Notes: generated from the letters alone by a model not told the origin. DNA of 64,000 nucleotides from an uncultured Candidatus Binatia bacterium (GCA_965213675.1 OZ243916.1:3232001-3296000), one strand, 5' to 3'; positions 17,952-27,361 are shown, counted from the stretch's first letter. Program-made: numbers and translations.

Positions 17952-19718
17952 ATGAGTTACAAGACCATCCACCACAAGGCCGACGTGCTGGTCATCGGCG
18001 GCGGCGCGGCCGGGGCCATGGCCGCCATCCGCGCGCGCGAGGAGGGCGCGGACGTGCTGCTGGTGGACAAGTCCGTGTTCGGCCGCAGCGGCTGCGCGGC
18101 GCTGGCATCCGGGGCGTACATTACCTACATGCCGGGCGACGACCTCAATTTCCATCTGGCCGGCCGCGGCGTGCTCACCAACCAGACCAAGGCCATCGAG
18201 GCGATTCACGCGACGTACGACGTGCTTGGGATCCTCGACGGCTGGGGCGTCCGGTTCGTCAAGGAAAAGGGCGAGTTCTGGCGCGGCAAGGGCGGCTCCG
18301 GCGCGGCCGCCAGCGGCGGACTGGCCGCGGGGCTGGTGGGCGGCGGCACGGCGATGATGAAGGTGGTGCGCGGCGTGGCCCTGCGCGCCGGAGTGCGCGT
18401 GCTCAACCGGGTCTCGGTCACCGACCTGCTGACCTCCGACGGCCGCCATCCCACCGGCGGCCAGGTGGTGGGCGCGCTGGGCGTCTCCGGGCGCGAGCGC
18501 GAGGTGCACGTGTGCGAGGCCAAGTCCGTGGTGATGTGCGCCGGGGGGTTCAACTTCGGCTACAAGCGCCCGGGTCAGTGGTTCGCGGGCATGCCCCTCA
18601 ACATCACCAGCGATGGCGTCGCCATGCAGCTCCGGGCGGGCGCGGTGATGGGCAACATGGCGTGCGGCAGCAAGTACCTCCAGACCATGGAGTTCATGTG
18701 CGCGCCGGGCATCGAGCACTTCACCACCATGGGCACCAGCTACTTCAATCGCCTCGGCGCCGACGTGATGCAGCGCTTCACCGAGTCCGAGGCCGAGTTC
18801 ACCCGGCGGCTGTCGCTGGGGCACGCGGTGGCGCTGGAGATGCTGGAGGGCAACGGCCCGGTGTACCTGGACTGCACCCAGCTCCCGCCCGAGAACATCC
18901 GCCTCCTGTACGAAGTCATTCCCATCATCATGAACACCTTCGAGGCCGCGGGCTACGAAATCGGCAAGGAGCGCATTCCCTACCTGCCTGTGTTGGCCGC
19001 CACCTATGGTTCAAGCCACGGCGGCGGCGCGGTGGTGGACGATCAGTGCCGCACCTCGTTGCCGGGCCTGTTCGCCGCGGGCGCCAGCAGCGACGGCATG
19101 AACATCTCGCCCAATCTGAACCTTTCCTGGTGCATGGTGCTGGGCTGGTGGGCCGGCCTCCATGCCGCCGACCACGCCAGGAACGCGGAAATGAAGGGCG
19201 TCGCCGCGCCGCAGGTGGAGGCGCTGTCCAAGGGCGCCACCCAGTATCTCAAGCCCGAGGGCGCCGCGTTCGACGAGGTCCACGGCCGGGCCGCGGACCT
19301 GCTGCACGAGTTGGGCGTGATCCTGAACGACGAGAAGATCACGCGGGTGCGGCAGGGGCTCATGGAGATTCTTGACACCTATGACAACGTCATGGCCCGG
19401 GACCCCCACGATCTTGTCAAGGTCCTGGGGCTGCGAAACTCCATCGAGGCGCTCACCGCGGTGCTGGACTACCTGCTGCACCGGCAGGAGAGCCGCGGCT
19501 CGGTGATCAACAGCGACCATCCCGAGACCGACAACGAGAAATGGCTGGTGCTGAGCAAGTCCATCATCGAGAATGGCGCCCTCAAGATCTGGGACGAGCC
19601 CATCCCCCATGACGAGTTCTACGTGCACTACCGGCCGCGCCACGGGAAGGCCATGCACCCCTTCTTCAAGATCGCCGGGCAGATGGTGGAGGCGGGAGAC
19701 CAATCAGGCCATGGCTGA
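17952..19718 (+). CDS. FAD-dependent oxidoreductase, SdhA/FrdA/AprA superfamily
   Basis: DVLVIGGGAAG, GRSGCA (no FAD-linking His), TSLPGLFAAG, RQESRG...HPETDN..W. Confidence 0.85.
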   Translation: MSYKTIHHKADVLVIGGGAAGAMAAIRAREEGADVLLVDKSVFGRSGCAALASGAYITYMPGDDLNFHLAGRGVLTNQTKAIEAIHATYDVLGILDGWGVRFVKEKGEFWRGKGGSGAAASGGLAAGLVGGGTAMMKVVRGVALRAGVRVLNRVSVTDLLTSDGRHPTGGQVVGALGVSGREREVHVCEAKSVVMCAGGFNFGYKRPGQWFAGMPLNITSDGVAMQLRAGAVMGNMACGSKYLQTMEFMCAPGIEHFTTMGTSYFNRLGADVMQRFTESEAEFTRRLSLGHAVALEMLEGNGPVYLDCTQLPPENIRLLYEVIPIIMNTFEAAGYEIGKERIPYLPVLAATYGSSHGGGAVVDDQCRTSLPGLFAAGASSDGMNISPNLNLSWCMVLGWWAGLHAADHARNAEMKGVAAPQVEALSKGATQYLKPEGAAFDEVHGRAADLLHELGVILNDEKITRVRQGLMEILDTYDNVMARDPHDLVKVLGLRNSIEALTAVLDYLLHRQESRGSVINSDHPETDNEKWLVLSKSIIENGALKIWDEPIPHDEFYVHYRPRHGKAMHPFFKIAGQMVEAGDQSGHG

Positions 19719-19938
19719 AGAACTGCACTTGCCGAAGGTCGAGATCTGGAAGGAAGTCTGCACTTCGTGCGGGGCCTGTGACGACGCCTGCCCGACGGAC
19801 GTGATCCGGATGGGCCCGGACGGTTATCCGTTCGCCAAGTACGAGGAAGACTGCCAGGGCTGCTTCATCTGCGAGTGGGACTGCCCTGTCGGCGCCATCA
19901 AGATCCGCGTCGCGCGCTGGTACGAGGCGGGACGGTAG
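19711..19938 (+). CDS. 2x[4Fe-4S] ferredoxin (AprB-like partner)
   Basis: CTSCGACDDACP and CQGCFICEWDCP; overlaps the flavoprotein stop. Confidence 0.9.
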   Translation: MAEELHLPKVEIWKEVCTSCGACDDACPTDVIRMGPDGYPFAKYEEDCQGCFICEWDCPVGAIKIRVARWYEAGR

Positions 19939-20066
19939 GTGCCGGGTTCCGCGGCTTGCCACCGTTCCGCGGCCCACGCCGGGTCCCCGGCACGGGCGTC
20001 AACGCGGGCCGGCGGCGGTCCGCGCCCGCGGAAGCAAGCCGCCTCATGGGAGGCCCCCTGCCGCCC

Positions 20067-20942
20067 ATGAGCATCTTCTATGCCCTGATCGCGTCCTTTG
20101 GCTTCGCGGTCTCCCACATCCTGATCCGCCGCGGCCTGGCCCGGTCCAATCCGCTGGCCGGGTTCGCCCTCTCCATCCTCATCTCGTCCGTGACCCTGTG
20201 GGCCATGGTCGCGGCCACCCTGCCCATGACCGTCTTCCGGACCCACGCCATCTGGTACTTCGCGGTGGGCGGGCTGTTCGCGTCCGGCCTCGGACGCTGG
20301 CTGGTGTATGTTTCCATCGACCGGCTCGGGGTGGCGCGTTCCATTCCGGTGGTGAGCACCACACCCATGTTCGCCTCGATCCTGGCCGTTCTTCTCGTTG
20401 GCGAGCACTGGACCCTGTGGGCCTTCTTCGGCACCGTGCTGATCATCGGCGGGGTGATCATCATTTCCCGCACCCACGAGCAGAAGGCCGAGTTCCGCCC
20501 GCGGGACTTTATCTTTCCCCTTCTCGGCGCATTGTCGTTCTCGTTCTCGGCCAGCGTGCGCAAGCTGGGCTTCTTCATCGCCAACCTGCCGCTGATGGCG
20601 TCGTGCGTGAATGCCACCACCGGGCTGGCGCTGGCCGTGGCGATGATCTACGCCCAGGGCGGGCCGCGCAAGGTGCTGCCCATGTCCCGATCGGTGTTCG
20701 CGTGGTTCGTGGCCGCGGGTATCTGCAACACCACGGGCATGGTGGCCAACTTCTACGCCCTCTCCACCGGCGACATCGTCATCGTCGAGCCCCTGATCAG
20801 CACCAACCCCGTGTTGACCGTCGTCCTCACCGCCATCTTCCTGCGCGATGTGGAGACCGTGAACATGCGCGTGTGCGCCGGCGTCGCCCTCACCTTCGCC
20901 GGCACCCTGCTGCTGGTCTTCGCCCGAGGACACGGGGCGTAG
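20067..20942 (+). CDS. DMT/EamA family transporter
   Basis: About 10 TM helices in two EamA repeats; start could be 20046. Confidence 0.85.
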   Translation: MSIFYALIASFGFAVSHILIRRGLARSNPLAGFALSILISSVTLWAMVAATLPMTVFRTHAIWYFAVGGLFASGLGRWLVYVSIDRLGVARSIPVVSTTPMFASILAVLLVGEHWTLWAFFGTVLIIGGVIIISRTHEQKAEFRPRDFIFPLLGALSFSFSASVRKLGFFIANLPLMASCVNATTGLALAVAMIYAQGGPRKVLPMSRSVFAWFVAAGICNTTGMVANFYALSTGDIVIVEPLISTNPVLTVVLTAIFLRDVETVNMRVCAGVALTFAGTLLLVFARGHGA

Positions 20943-20965
20943 GGGCGACCGCGGGTCACCCGTGC
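20939..20965 (+). repeat. GTAG-type REP palindrome (GTAGGGGCGACC...GGTCGCCC)
   Basis: Related copies at 23977-24003, 49399-49426, 54803-54828. Confidence 0.7.
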
Positions 20966-21056
20966 ACGGACACGCGCGCGGCAACGCCCGGAATCGTCGT
21001 TCCCGCGAAGACGCGCATCCGTGTCCTTTCCCGGACGGCTTCGTTATGATGGTTTC

Positions 21057-22229
21057 GTGCGTACGGGACTGGAAAGGCTGCTGGACGATCCGCGCCGCTG
21101 GCTGGGCGCCGCGCGGGCCGGCCTCGTGGCCAACCCCACCACGGTGGACCGCGGGTTCGCCCACGCCGCGGATCTCCTGCACCGGCACTCGCATGGGAAC
21201 CTGCGCCGCCTGTTCGGTCCCGAACACGGGCTGCGCGGGTCGGCCCAGGACATGGTGCGGGTGACGGACGGCACGGACCCGGGCACGGGCCTTCCCGTGG
21301 TCAGCCTTTACGGCGACACCTTCGATTCCCTTTCGCCCACGGCGGAACAGCTTTCGGACCTCGACGTGCTGCTGTTCGACATCCAGGACGTGGGTGCGCG
21401 CTACTATACCTACGCCGCCACCCTGGCGCTGTGCATGCGCGCGGCCAAGGCCTCCGGGGTGCGGGTGGTGGTGCTGGACCGGCCCAATCCCATCGGCGGC
21501 GTCGCCGTGGAGGGCGGCGGTCTGGAACCGGGCCTGGAGAATTTCTGCGGGCTTTTCCCGGTGCCCCAGCGGCACGGCATGACGCTGGGCGAGTTGGCGC
21601 GCCTGTACAACGATACGTTCGGCATCGGTTGCGACCTCGACGTGGCTCCGTGCACGGGCTGGGCGCGCAACGCCTGGTACGATGCGTGCGGCCTGCCCTG
21701 GGTGATGCCGTCGCCCAACATGCCCACCCCGGACACGGCGCTGGTCTACCCGGGCATGTGCCTGCTGGAAGGCACCAACCTCTCCGAGGGTCGGGGCACC
21801 ACGCGCCCCTTCGAGCTTTTCGGGGCACCCTTCATCGACGGCGACGCCCTCGCCCGGGAGCTGCGGCGCGACGATCTGCCGGGCGTGATATTCAGGCCCT
21901 GCGTCATCGAGCCGGCGTTCCACAAGTTCAAGGGCGTGCGCTGCGGCGCCTTGCAGTTGCACGTCACCCACCGGGACGCGTTCCGGCCCTACCGCACCGG
22001 CCTCGCCGTGCTGGCGGCGGTGCGACGGCTATGGCCCGAATCGTTCGCATGGCGCACCGAGCCCTACGAATTCCGCGCCGACGTTCCCGCCATCGACCTC
22101 TTGACCGGCCGCCCCGCGGTGCGGCAGGCCATTGACCGCGGCGCCGGTCTCGACGAGGTGGCGCGCATCGCCGGCGGCGGCACGGAAATCTACAATGCTG
22201 GCCGCGACAACGCCTTGTTGTACGCTTGA
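21057..22229 (+). CDS. namZ: exo-beta-N-acetylmuramidase NamZ (DUF1343)
   Basis: LFGPEHG, FDIQDVGARYYTY, LDRPNP, RHGMTLGELA, PSPNMP, SEGRGTTRPFE; GTG start inferred. Confidence 0.9.
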   Translation: MRTGLERLLDDPRRWLGAARAGLVANPTTVDRGFAHAADLLHRHSHGNLRRLFGPEHGLRGSAQDMVRVTDGTDPGTGLPVVSLYGDTFDSLSPTAEQLSDLDVLLFDIQDVGARYYTYAATLALCMRAAKASGVRVVVLDRPNPIGGVAVEGGGLEPGLENFCGLFPVPQRHGMTLGELARLYNDTFGIGCDLDVAPCTGWARNAWYDACGLPWVMPSPNMPTPDTALVYPGMCLLEGTNLSEGRGTTRPFELFGAPFIDGDALARELRRDDLPGVIFRPCVIEPAFHKFKGVRCGALQLHVTHRDAFRPYRTGLAVLAAVRRLWPESFAWRTEPYEFRADVPAIDLLTGRPAVRQAIDRGAGLDEVARIAGGGTEIYNAGRDNALLYA

Positions 22230-22405
22230 GCACGTGTGGGCGATCCGTGGTTCGGACCTCACGGTTGAGCAAGACGCCCATGTTGCAAAAATTGGGAAGA
22301 GAGGCGTGGAAGTAGAGGCATGGGAGGAGACTCTGATCCATTGAGAACTCGAAGGGCGCCTTCTTGCCGGAGACAACGGACCAAAGCTTGCGAAGGAGGA
22401 GGATC

Positions 22406-23098
22406 ATGGCACATCAGGAAGTAGCAGTGGTGGTGGGGGGAGGGCCGGGGCTGAGCGCGTCGCTGGTGCGGCTCTTCACCCGGGAAGGCATGAAGGCGGC
22501 CATTGCGGCCCGCAACCCGGACAAGCTGAACGCGCTGGCGCAGAGTACCGGCTGCCGCGCTTACCGGTGTGACGCCGTCGTGCCCGACGAGGTGGACGAC
22601 CTGTTCGCACGGGTGGGGCGGGACCTGGGCGATCCCAGCGTGGTGGTCTACAACGCCAGCGCGCGGGTGCGCGGTCCGCTGCCGGAGCTCGATCCGGCTG
22701 CGGTCCGGGATGCCATCCTGGTGACTTGCTATGGCGGATTCCTGGTGGGGCGGGCCGCCGCCCGGAGCATGCTCCGGACCGGCGGCGGCACCATCCTGTT
22801 CACCGGGGCCTCGGCCAGCGTCAAGGGCTACGCCAACTCGGCGTCCTTCGCCATGGGCAAGTTCGGCCTGAGCGGCCTGTGCCAGAGCATGGCGCGAGAG
22901 CTTCAGCCGCAAAACATTCACGTAGCTCAGATCGTCATCGACGGCGGCATCGACTCTCCCCGGCGTGACTCGGCCCGCGGCCCGGACACATGGCTCAGCC
23001 CCGACAGCATCGCCGAGACCTACCTCCAACTGCACCGCCAGCACCGGAGCGCATGGGCGTCGAACATCGAGTTGCGACCCTGGGTGGAAAAGTTCTGA
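22406..23098 (+). CDS. short-chain dehydrogenase/reductase (atypical, F in place of catalytic Y)
   Basis: VVGGGPGLS, YNAS, FTGASAS, FAMGKF, ELRPWVEKF; strong RBS. Confidence 0.85.
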   Translation: MAHQEVAVVVGGGPGLSASLVRLFTREGMKAAIAARNPDKLNALAQSTGCRAYRCDAVVPDEVDDLFARVGRDLGDPSVVVYNASARVRGPLPELDPAAVRDAILVTCYGGFLVGRAAARSMLRTGGGTILFTGASASVKGYANSASFAMGKFGLSGLCQSMARELQPQNIHVAQIVIDGGIDSPRRDSARGPDTWLSPDSIAETYLQLHRQHRSAWASNIELRPWVEKF

Positions 23099-23132
23099 CC
23101 GACCCGGAGGCGCCGGGCAAGTCCATTCAAGT

Positions 23133-23339
23133 CCGGTTCGCACATTGTAAGTGCAGGGGCGCGTCTTCTGTCATTTCCGCGAAGGCGGAAATCCAGGAGC
23201 CTGCGCCGCAAGCTCCCAGGTGGGATTCATGGGTCTGGGCACCCCGCCGCCCCTGGATGCCCGCTTCCGCGGGAGTCCTCACGAGGCCTCGTTCCGTCGA
23301 TGGGGCGCTGTCCGAACAACCGATTCCCGTGCGAACCGG
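23133..23339. mobile_element. putative MITE with 11-bp TIR CCGGTTCGCAC enclosing a REP doublet
   Basis: CCGGTTCGCAC (23133-23143) / GTGCGAACCGG (23329-23339); internal GTCATTTCCGCGAAGGCGGAAATCCAGG ... CCTGGATGCCCGCTTCCGCGGGA. Confidence 0.5.
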
Positions 23340-23464
23340 CAGCGTGGGATGTCCCTGCAAAGGGACTGCGTCCGAGGGAACAGGATCGATCACGAACCGG
23401 GCTAAAGGACAGACGGAAGCCGCCGATCTTCCTGTATGGGATGGAACAGCGGCGTTACAGGTCG

Positions 23465-23953
23465 ATGGCTCGAAACACAGCGGTCTTCGTCGGACGGCAG
23501 GAGGGTGTAGTCCTGCCGTCCGTGCTCATGTTGATCGCGGTGTTGGCGGTGGTTGGCGCCACGAGCATGAACGCGTCCCTGACCGACCTGCGCATCACCG
23601 ACGCCTACTACAAGAGCGCCACGGTGTTTCACATCGCCGAGGCCGGACTCGCACACGGACGCCACGAGTTGTCGGACGAGGACGGCAACCTTGATTTCGC
23701 CGCCATCCTGGCGACCACGGCGATCTTCGCCGGGCAAGGGTTCCACGGCGGGAGTTTCACGGCCGTCGCCACGCCGGTGGCGGGCAGCGTACCAAGGCGC
23801 TTGCGCCTTCGGTCCTCGGCCTGTTTCCCGGCTGCCAACCCGTGTCCGCGCGGGCATGCCAGGGCCGTGGTGGAAGCGCTTCTCGAACACGACCCCGCCG
23901 GTACCACGCCAAGCGAACGCGTTCGTCTGATTGCGTGGCGCGCGGTTGATTAG
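23465..23953 (+). CDS. pilX: PilX-like minor pilin (PilX N-terminal domain)
   Basis: RQEGVVLPSVLMLIAVLAVVG prepilin-like N-terminus; F.IAEAGL motif. Confidence 0.7.
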   Translation: MARNTAVFVGRQEGVVLPSVLMLIAVLAVVGATSMNASLTDLRITDAYYKSATVFHIAEAGLAHGRHELSDEDGNLDFAAILATTAIFAGQGFHGGSFTAVATPVAGSVPRRLRLRSSACFPAANPCPRGHARAVVEALLEHDPAGTTPSERVRLIAWRAVD

Positions 23954-24155
23954 GAGCCCGTCGGATTGGTCCCAGGGTAGGGGCGACCGCCCGGTTGCCC
24001 CACGCGGTGGTGACCACGCGAGGAATACCCCGGGTCAAGCCCGGCGTGTCGTCACGCAGCCGACCGCGACCCAGCAGATCACCGCGGGACGCGACACCAA
24101 AGGCCTGTCGGGTTTTTCGAATCGCAGCGAGAGGCAGGACGGCGTCGGGCGACTG

Positions 24156-25160
24156 TCAGCGAGCTTCCGTTCGTTTCCATGAATCACAATGCCGGACCGG
24201 GAGGCGAACTTCCCGCGGCGGCTGCGCGGGAGGGGTGGCGTCCAGTACGACCTCGCAGGGGGTGATGGACACGACATGGTGGGAGCCGTCCCCCAGCCTG
24301 GAACCCGGCCGCACCACGTAACCGTAACCCTCGGTATCCTTCAGCAGCGCCGCTGCGTCGTCTCTTCCCCAGACGATGCCCATTGCCTGAAATCGGAGTT
24401 CGGGAAGGGGAAGCACGGGCTCCAGGACGGGTTCCGGTGATTCCGTCCCGGGCGCTGGCAGGAGGCGGTACGGCTCGAAAGGGTCGCGAAGCAAGGCATG
24501 GGAGTCGTCGTCGTCGTCGGGTCGCCGTGGCGGCCCATGTGGCGCCGGAACGTCCACGGTCCCGGCCCCGCCGGCTGCTTCCATCACCCTGTTGGCCTCG
24601 CCAGTGTCCGGCGGCAGCCGGAGCGTTGCCATCTCCATGGTGATGCGAAGGCGCGTTGTGCCGTCACCGCCCGGCAGTGTCTCGATGGTGAGGCTCCGGG
24701 TATCCGGCAATGTGGCCGGCGCCGCGGAATCCAGGAAGCGGAGCAGGTCGTGGTAGGTCCCGGTGAACTCCACTTCCAGCAGGCCTTCGGTGAGAAACTC
24801 CCCGGCAACCGTCGCGCCGGGTTGGAACCGTGCCACCTCCAGCCCCGCCATGGCGGCCCGGGCGGTCACGCGTTCCAGTGGATCGACGGGCTCCACCACG
24901 CGCGGGAACCGGGAACGCAGCGCCCGGCGGAGCGCGGCGAGTTCCTGGCGCAGGCGCGGCGCCTGGTCCGCCTGCCGTCTCAGCCGTGTCTGTTCAAGGC
25001 GGGCGATCTCCAGGCCGGCGTGGACACGGGCGATGCCTTGAGACAGGGGCCGGTACAACACGACGTAATCCAGGGCGATCAGCGCGAGGATCACTCCCGC
25101 GATGGCCAGCGCCCATTGCGCGGCGGAACGTTCGAGCAGGAGGTCGAGGTAGTACCACAT
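24156..25160 (-). CDS. pilO: PilO-PilP fusion protein
   Basis: N-terminal TM plus coiled coil plus PilO core (EFTGTYHDLLRFL); C-terminal PilP-like (RDPF..., GIVW....ALLKD.EG.GYVVR.G.RLG...VVSIT...VVL). Confidence 0.7.
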   Translation of the reverse strand: MWYYLDLLLERSAAQWALAIAGVILALIALDYVVLYRPLSQGIARVHAGLEIARLEQTRLRRQADQAPRLRQELAALRRALRSRFPRVVEPVDPLERVTARAAMAGLEVARFQPGATVAGEFLTEGLLEVEFTGTYHDLLRFLDSAAPATLPDTRSLTIETLPGGDGTTRLRITMEMATLRLPPDTGEANRVMEAAGGAGTVDVPAPHGPPRRPDDDDDSHALLRDPFEPYRLLPAPGTESPEPVLEPVLPLPELRFQAMGIVWGRDDAAALLKDTEGYGYVVRPGSRLGDGSHHVVSITPCEVVLDATPPAQPPREVRLPVRHCDSWKRTEAR

Positions 25161-25181
25161 GAGCGTTCAAGCCGGCTGAAG

Positions 25182-25742
25182 TCATTCGCCGGACGCCGCC
25201 GGGGCCGGCGGCGCAGTGGTGCGCGCGTGGATCACGAAGTGCCGGAAACCGATGTCTCCGGGCGCCTTGCCGGCCTCTACGAGTTGCCTTTCCACGAAGT
25301 CGCCGGGAAGGTTGCGCAGAAACCGGGTGATGGATGCATCCTGCGTGGCTTGACCCTCCAGCACCGTGACGTCATCGGACTCGGCGTAGCGCGTCAACCA
25401 CAGAGTCTCGGGCGCGGCGCCGGCAAGGCCGCGCAGCGCCTTCGCTGGCCGCGCGCGAGCTTCGATCCAGCCAATGATGGCAGCATTCCTGCGCCGTTGC
25501 TGTTCGATGTCCTTTTCCAGCGCCGCGGCGGTCTTGGCGGCTTGGCGCAGCGACGCGGATTCCGCGCGCAACGCCGACAGGTCGGCCTCCATGCCGGAAC
25601 GGTGGCGGCACTGGGCGACGTTGACAACGCCAAGGGCTGTCCCGGTCAGGCACAATGAAGCGGCCAGGGCGAGAACGCGGCGGCGTTTGCGCCGTAGCGC
25701 TCGTTGCTCCCGGGTGGACAGGAGGTTGATGCTGGTGATCAC
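25182..25742 (-). CDS. pilN: type IV pilus assembly protein PilN
   Basis: INLL N-terminal motif, TM, coiled coil, PETLWLT, LEGQA...ITRFLRNL. Confidence 0.8.
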   Translation of the reverse strand: MITSINLLSTREQRALRRKRRRVLALAASLCLTGTALGVVNVAQCRHRSGMEADLSALRAESASLRQAAKTAAALEKDIEQQRRRNAAIIGWIEARARPAKALRGLAGAAPETLWLTRYAESDDVTVLEGQATQDASITRFLRNLPGDFVERQLVEAGKAPGDIGFRHFVIHARTTAPPAPAASGE

Positions 25743-25779
25743 GGGAAGGCGTCCTCTCTTCTACGGCCCTTCTCCTTGC

Positions 25780-26838
25780 TTAAGGGCCCGTCCATTCAGC
25801 GGGGTCCCTGACGGCGAGGCCCGCGGCCACGGCGAATGCCGGCTCGGCCAGCTCGCTTCCGGCCAGGGCCGTGCCTGGGAACAACGCGCCGTGGACGCGA
25901 ACCTCGGCGTCCAGGGCGCGGGCGAGGCTTGGGCCGAGACCGGGCAGGACGGCGCTACCGCCGCTCAGAGCGATGTGCCGCGGCGTGGCGCCGGCGCCCA
26001 AGGCGCCGTACAGTTGGAGGCCGCGACCGATCTGCGCGGCGAGGGAGTCGCACAGTGAGTCGAGCAACTCGTCAACGGCCGTGCTGGCGCCGCCGCGCTT
26101 GAGGGTTTCCGCCTCGTCGCGCGGAATCCGCAGCTTCGTGGCGAGGCCTTCCGTCAACTGCTCGCCGCCCACGGGCAGGTCCGTCGTGTAACCTGGACCG
26201 TCCGGCGCCGGAAGATGGACGGTGGTGGAACGGGCGCCCACGTGGATCCACGCCCACGGGGTTTCGTCCCCGGACAGGCCGGCGCACACGCGGGCCAGAG
26301 CGAAGTGGTCGATGTCCACGACGACGGGCGTCAGCCCCGCGCTCTCCAGGAGTTGGACGTGCCTCTCGACCAGGGACTTCCGTGCGGCGACCAGGAGCAC
26401 CTCCAGCGCGCTGCCGTCCTCGGAGGTTCCCAGCATTTGATAGTCGAGGTTGACGTTGCCCAAGTCCTCGGGAATGGCGTCCATGGCCTCGAACTCGATG
26501 ACGTCGTCCAGGGTGCCTTCGCTCTGGGCGGGCAGCCGCAGCCGCTTGATGATGGCGCCCCGTCCGGGGATGGCGGCCACCACCGGCGGCCGCGCCGCGT
26601 CGTCCGCGGCCGCGAACGCCTGGATCGTCCGCGCCAGCGCCGCGGTCTCGCGCACGACCCCGTTCTCCATCGCGCCGGGCGGCACTGGAAGCGCTCCGGC
26701 GCGCACCACCTCGGTCTCGCCGCTCGTGTCCGTGACCTCGGCGATCTTGATGGCGCTCGAACCCACGTCCACCACGAACCAGCGGCGCGACCGCTTCCAC
26801 CGGCGGAGAAATGAGGCGATTCGTTTCAGGTGGGACAT
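25780..26838 (-). CDS. pilM: type IV pilus assembly protein PilM
   Basis: VDVGSSAIK, IP..L..VNLDYQ, VLLVAARK, LTPVVVDID.FAL, ALSGGSA.LPGL, AVAAGLA.R. Confidence 0.9.
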   Translation of the reverse strand: MSHLKRIASFLRRWKRSRRWFVVDVGSSAIKIAEVTDTSGETEVVRAGALPVPPGAMENGVVRETAALARTIQAFAAADDAARPPVVAAIPGRGAIIKRLRLPAQSEGTLDDVIEFEAMDAIPEDLGNVNLDYQMLGTSEDGSALEVLLVAARKSLVERHVQLLESAGLTPVVVDIDHFALARVCAGLSGDETPWAWIHVGARSTTVHLPAPDGPGYTTDLPVGGEQLTEGLATKLRIPRDEAETLKRGGASTAVDELLDSLCDSLAAQIGRGLQLYGALGAGATPRHIALSGGSAVLPGLGPSLARALDAEVRVHGALFPGTALAGSELAEPAFAVAAGLAVRDPAEWTGP

Positions 26839-26906
26839 ACGGGACGCTTCAGGTGGGGCATGCGGAACATACGAGGATACCTACGAAGATATATACGGGG
26901 GTACGA

Positions 26907-26922
26907 AGCAAAACCGGGGCCA
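26907..26922 (-). promoter_or_regulatory. sigma-54-type promoter of pilM (TGGCCCCGGTTTTGCT)
   Basis: GG-N10-GC spacing matching TGGC-N7-TTGC, about 70 bp upstream of the pilM ATG. Confidence 0.55.
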
Positions 26923-27137
26923 GTGCCAAGGCAAGCGCCAAGGATTCCGCGCGCCGCAACGGGCGCCGGAGCCAGGGGTTCGTGTAAAGTCTTGAGCCAT
27001 CGCGACGTTGCGCGGCGTCTGGCCGGTGACGCGGCGGTTTCGGACAAGCTCGGATGGCGTTGTCCCCGCTCCGCTCCGGGCGCGCGCGTGGCGCACCCGT
27101 CAGTTCAGTGGCAGTGAACGGCACGCCGGCGACAGTG

Positions 27138-27320
27138 CCGGCACGTTATTCCCTGGTCCTGTCTTCATCACGGTGTCGGCTCCAAGCCGACATGGCCGGT
27201 TCCCCCGAATAGGGACAGCCAGGGGGAAACTGCGAATCGGGGCGGTGTCGACCATGTGGGTCCGAGCGCAGTACCGGCTGCGCTTGGAAGACGGGGACCG
27301 AGACGGGCAATGCGCGCCGG
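27138..27320. ncRNA. candidate structured RNA / fold-back element (~183 nt, multi-stem junction)
   Basis: Nested complementary segments found by eye; no family recognised. Confidence 0.35.
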
Positions 27321-27361
27321 AGACGTGGCTTTTCGGCGCCGTCTCATCAATAATCCGGGCA

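Noticed and set aside
27138-27320. Assignment as 6S RNA or cobalamin riboswitch
   Set aside because: Similar size and a GGTTCCC...AGGGA segment, but the conserved motifs of either family are not recognisable; left as an unnamed candidate.
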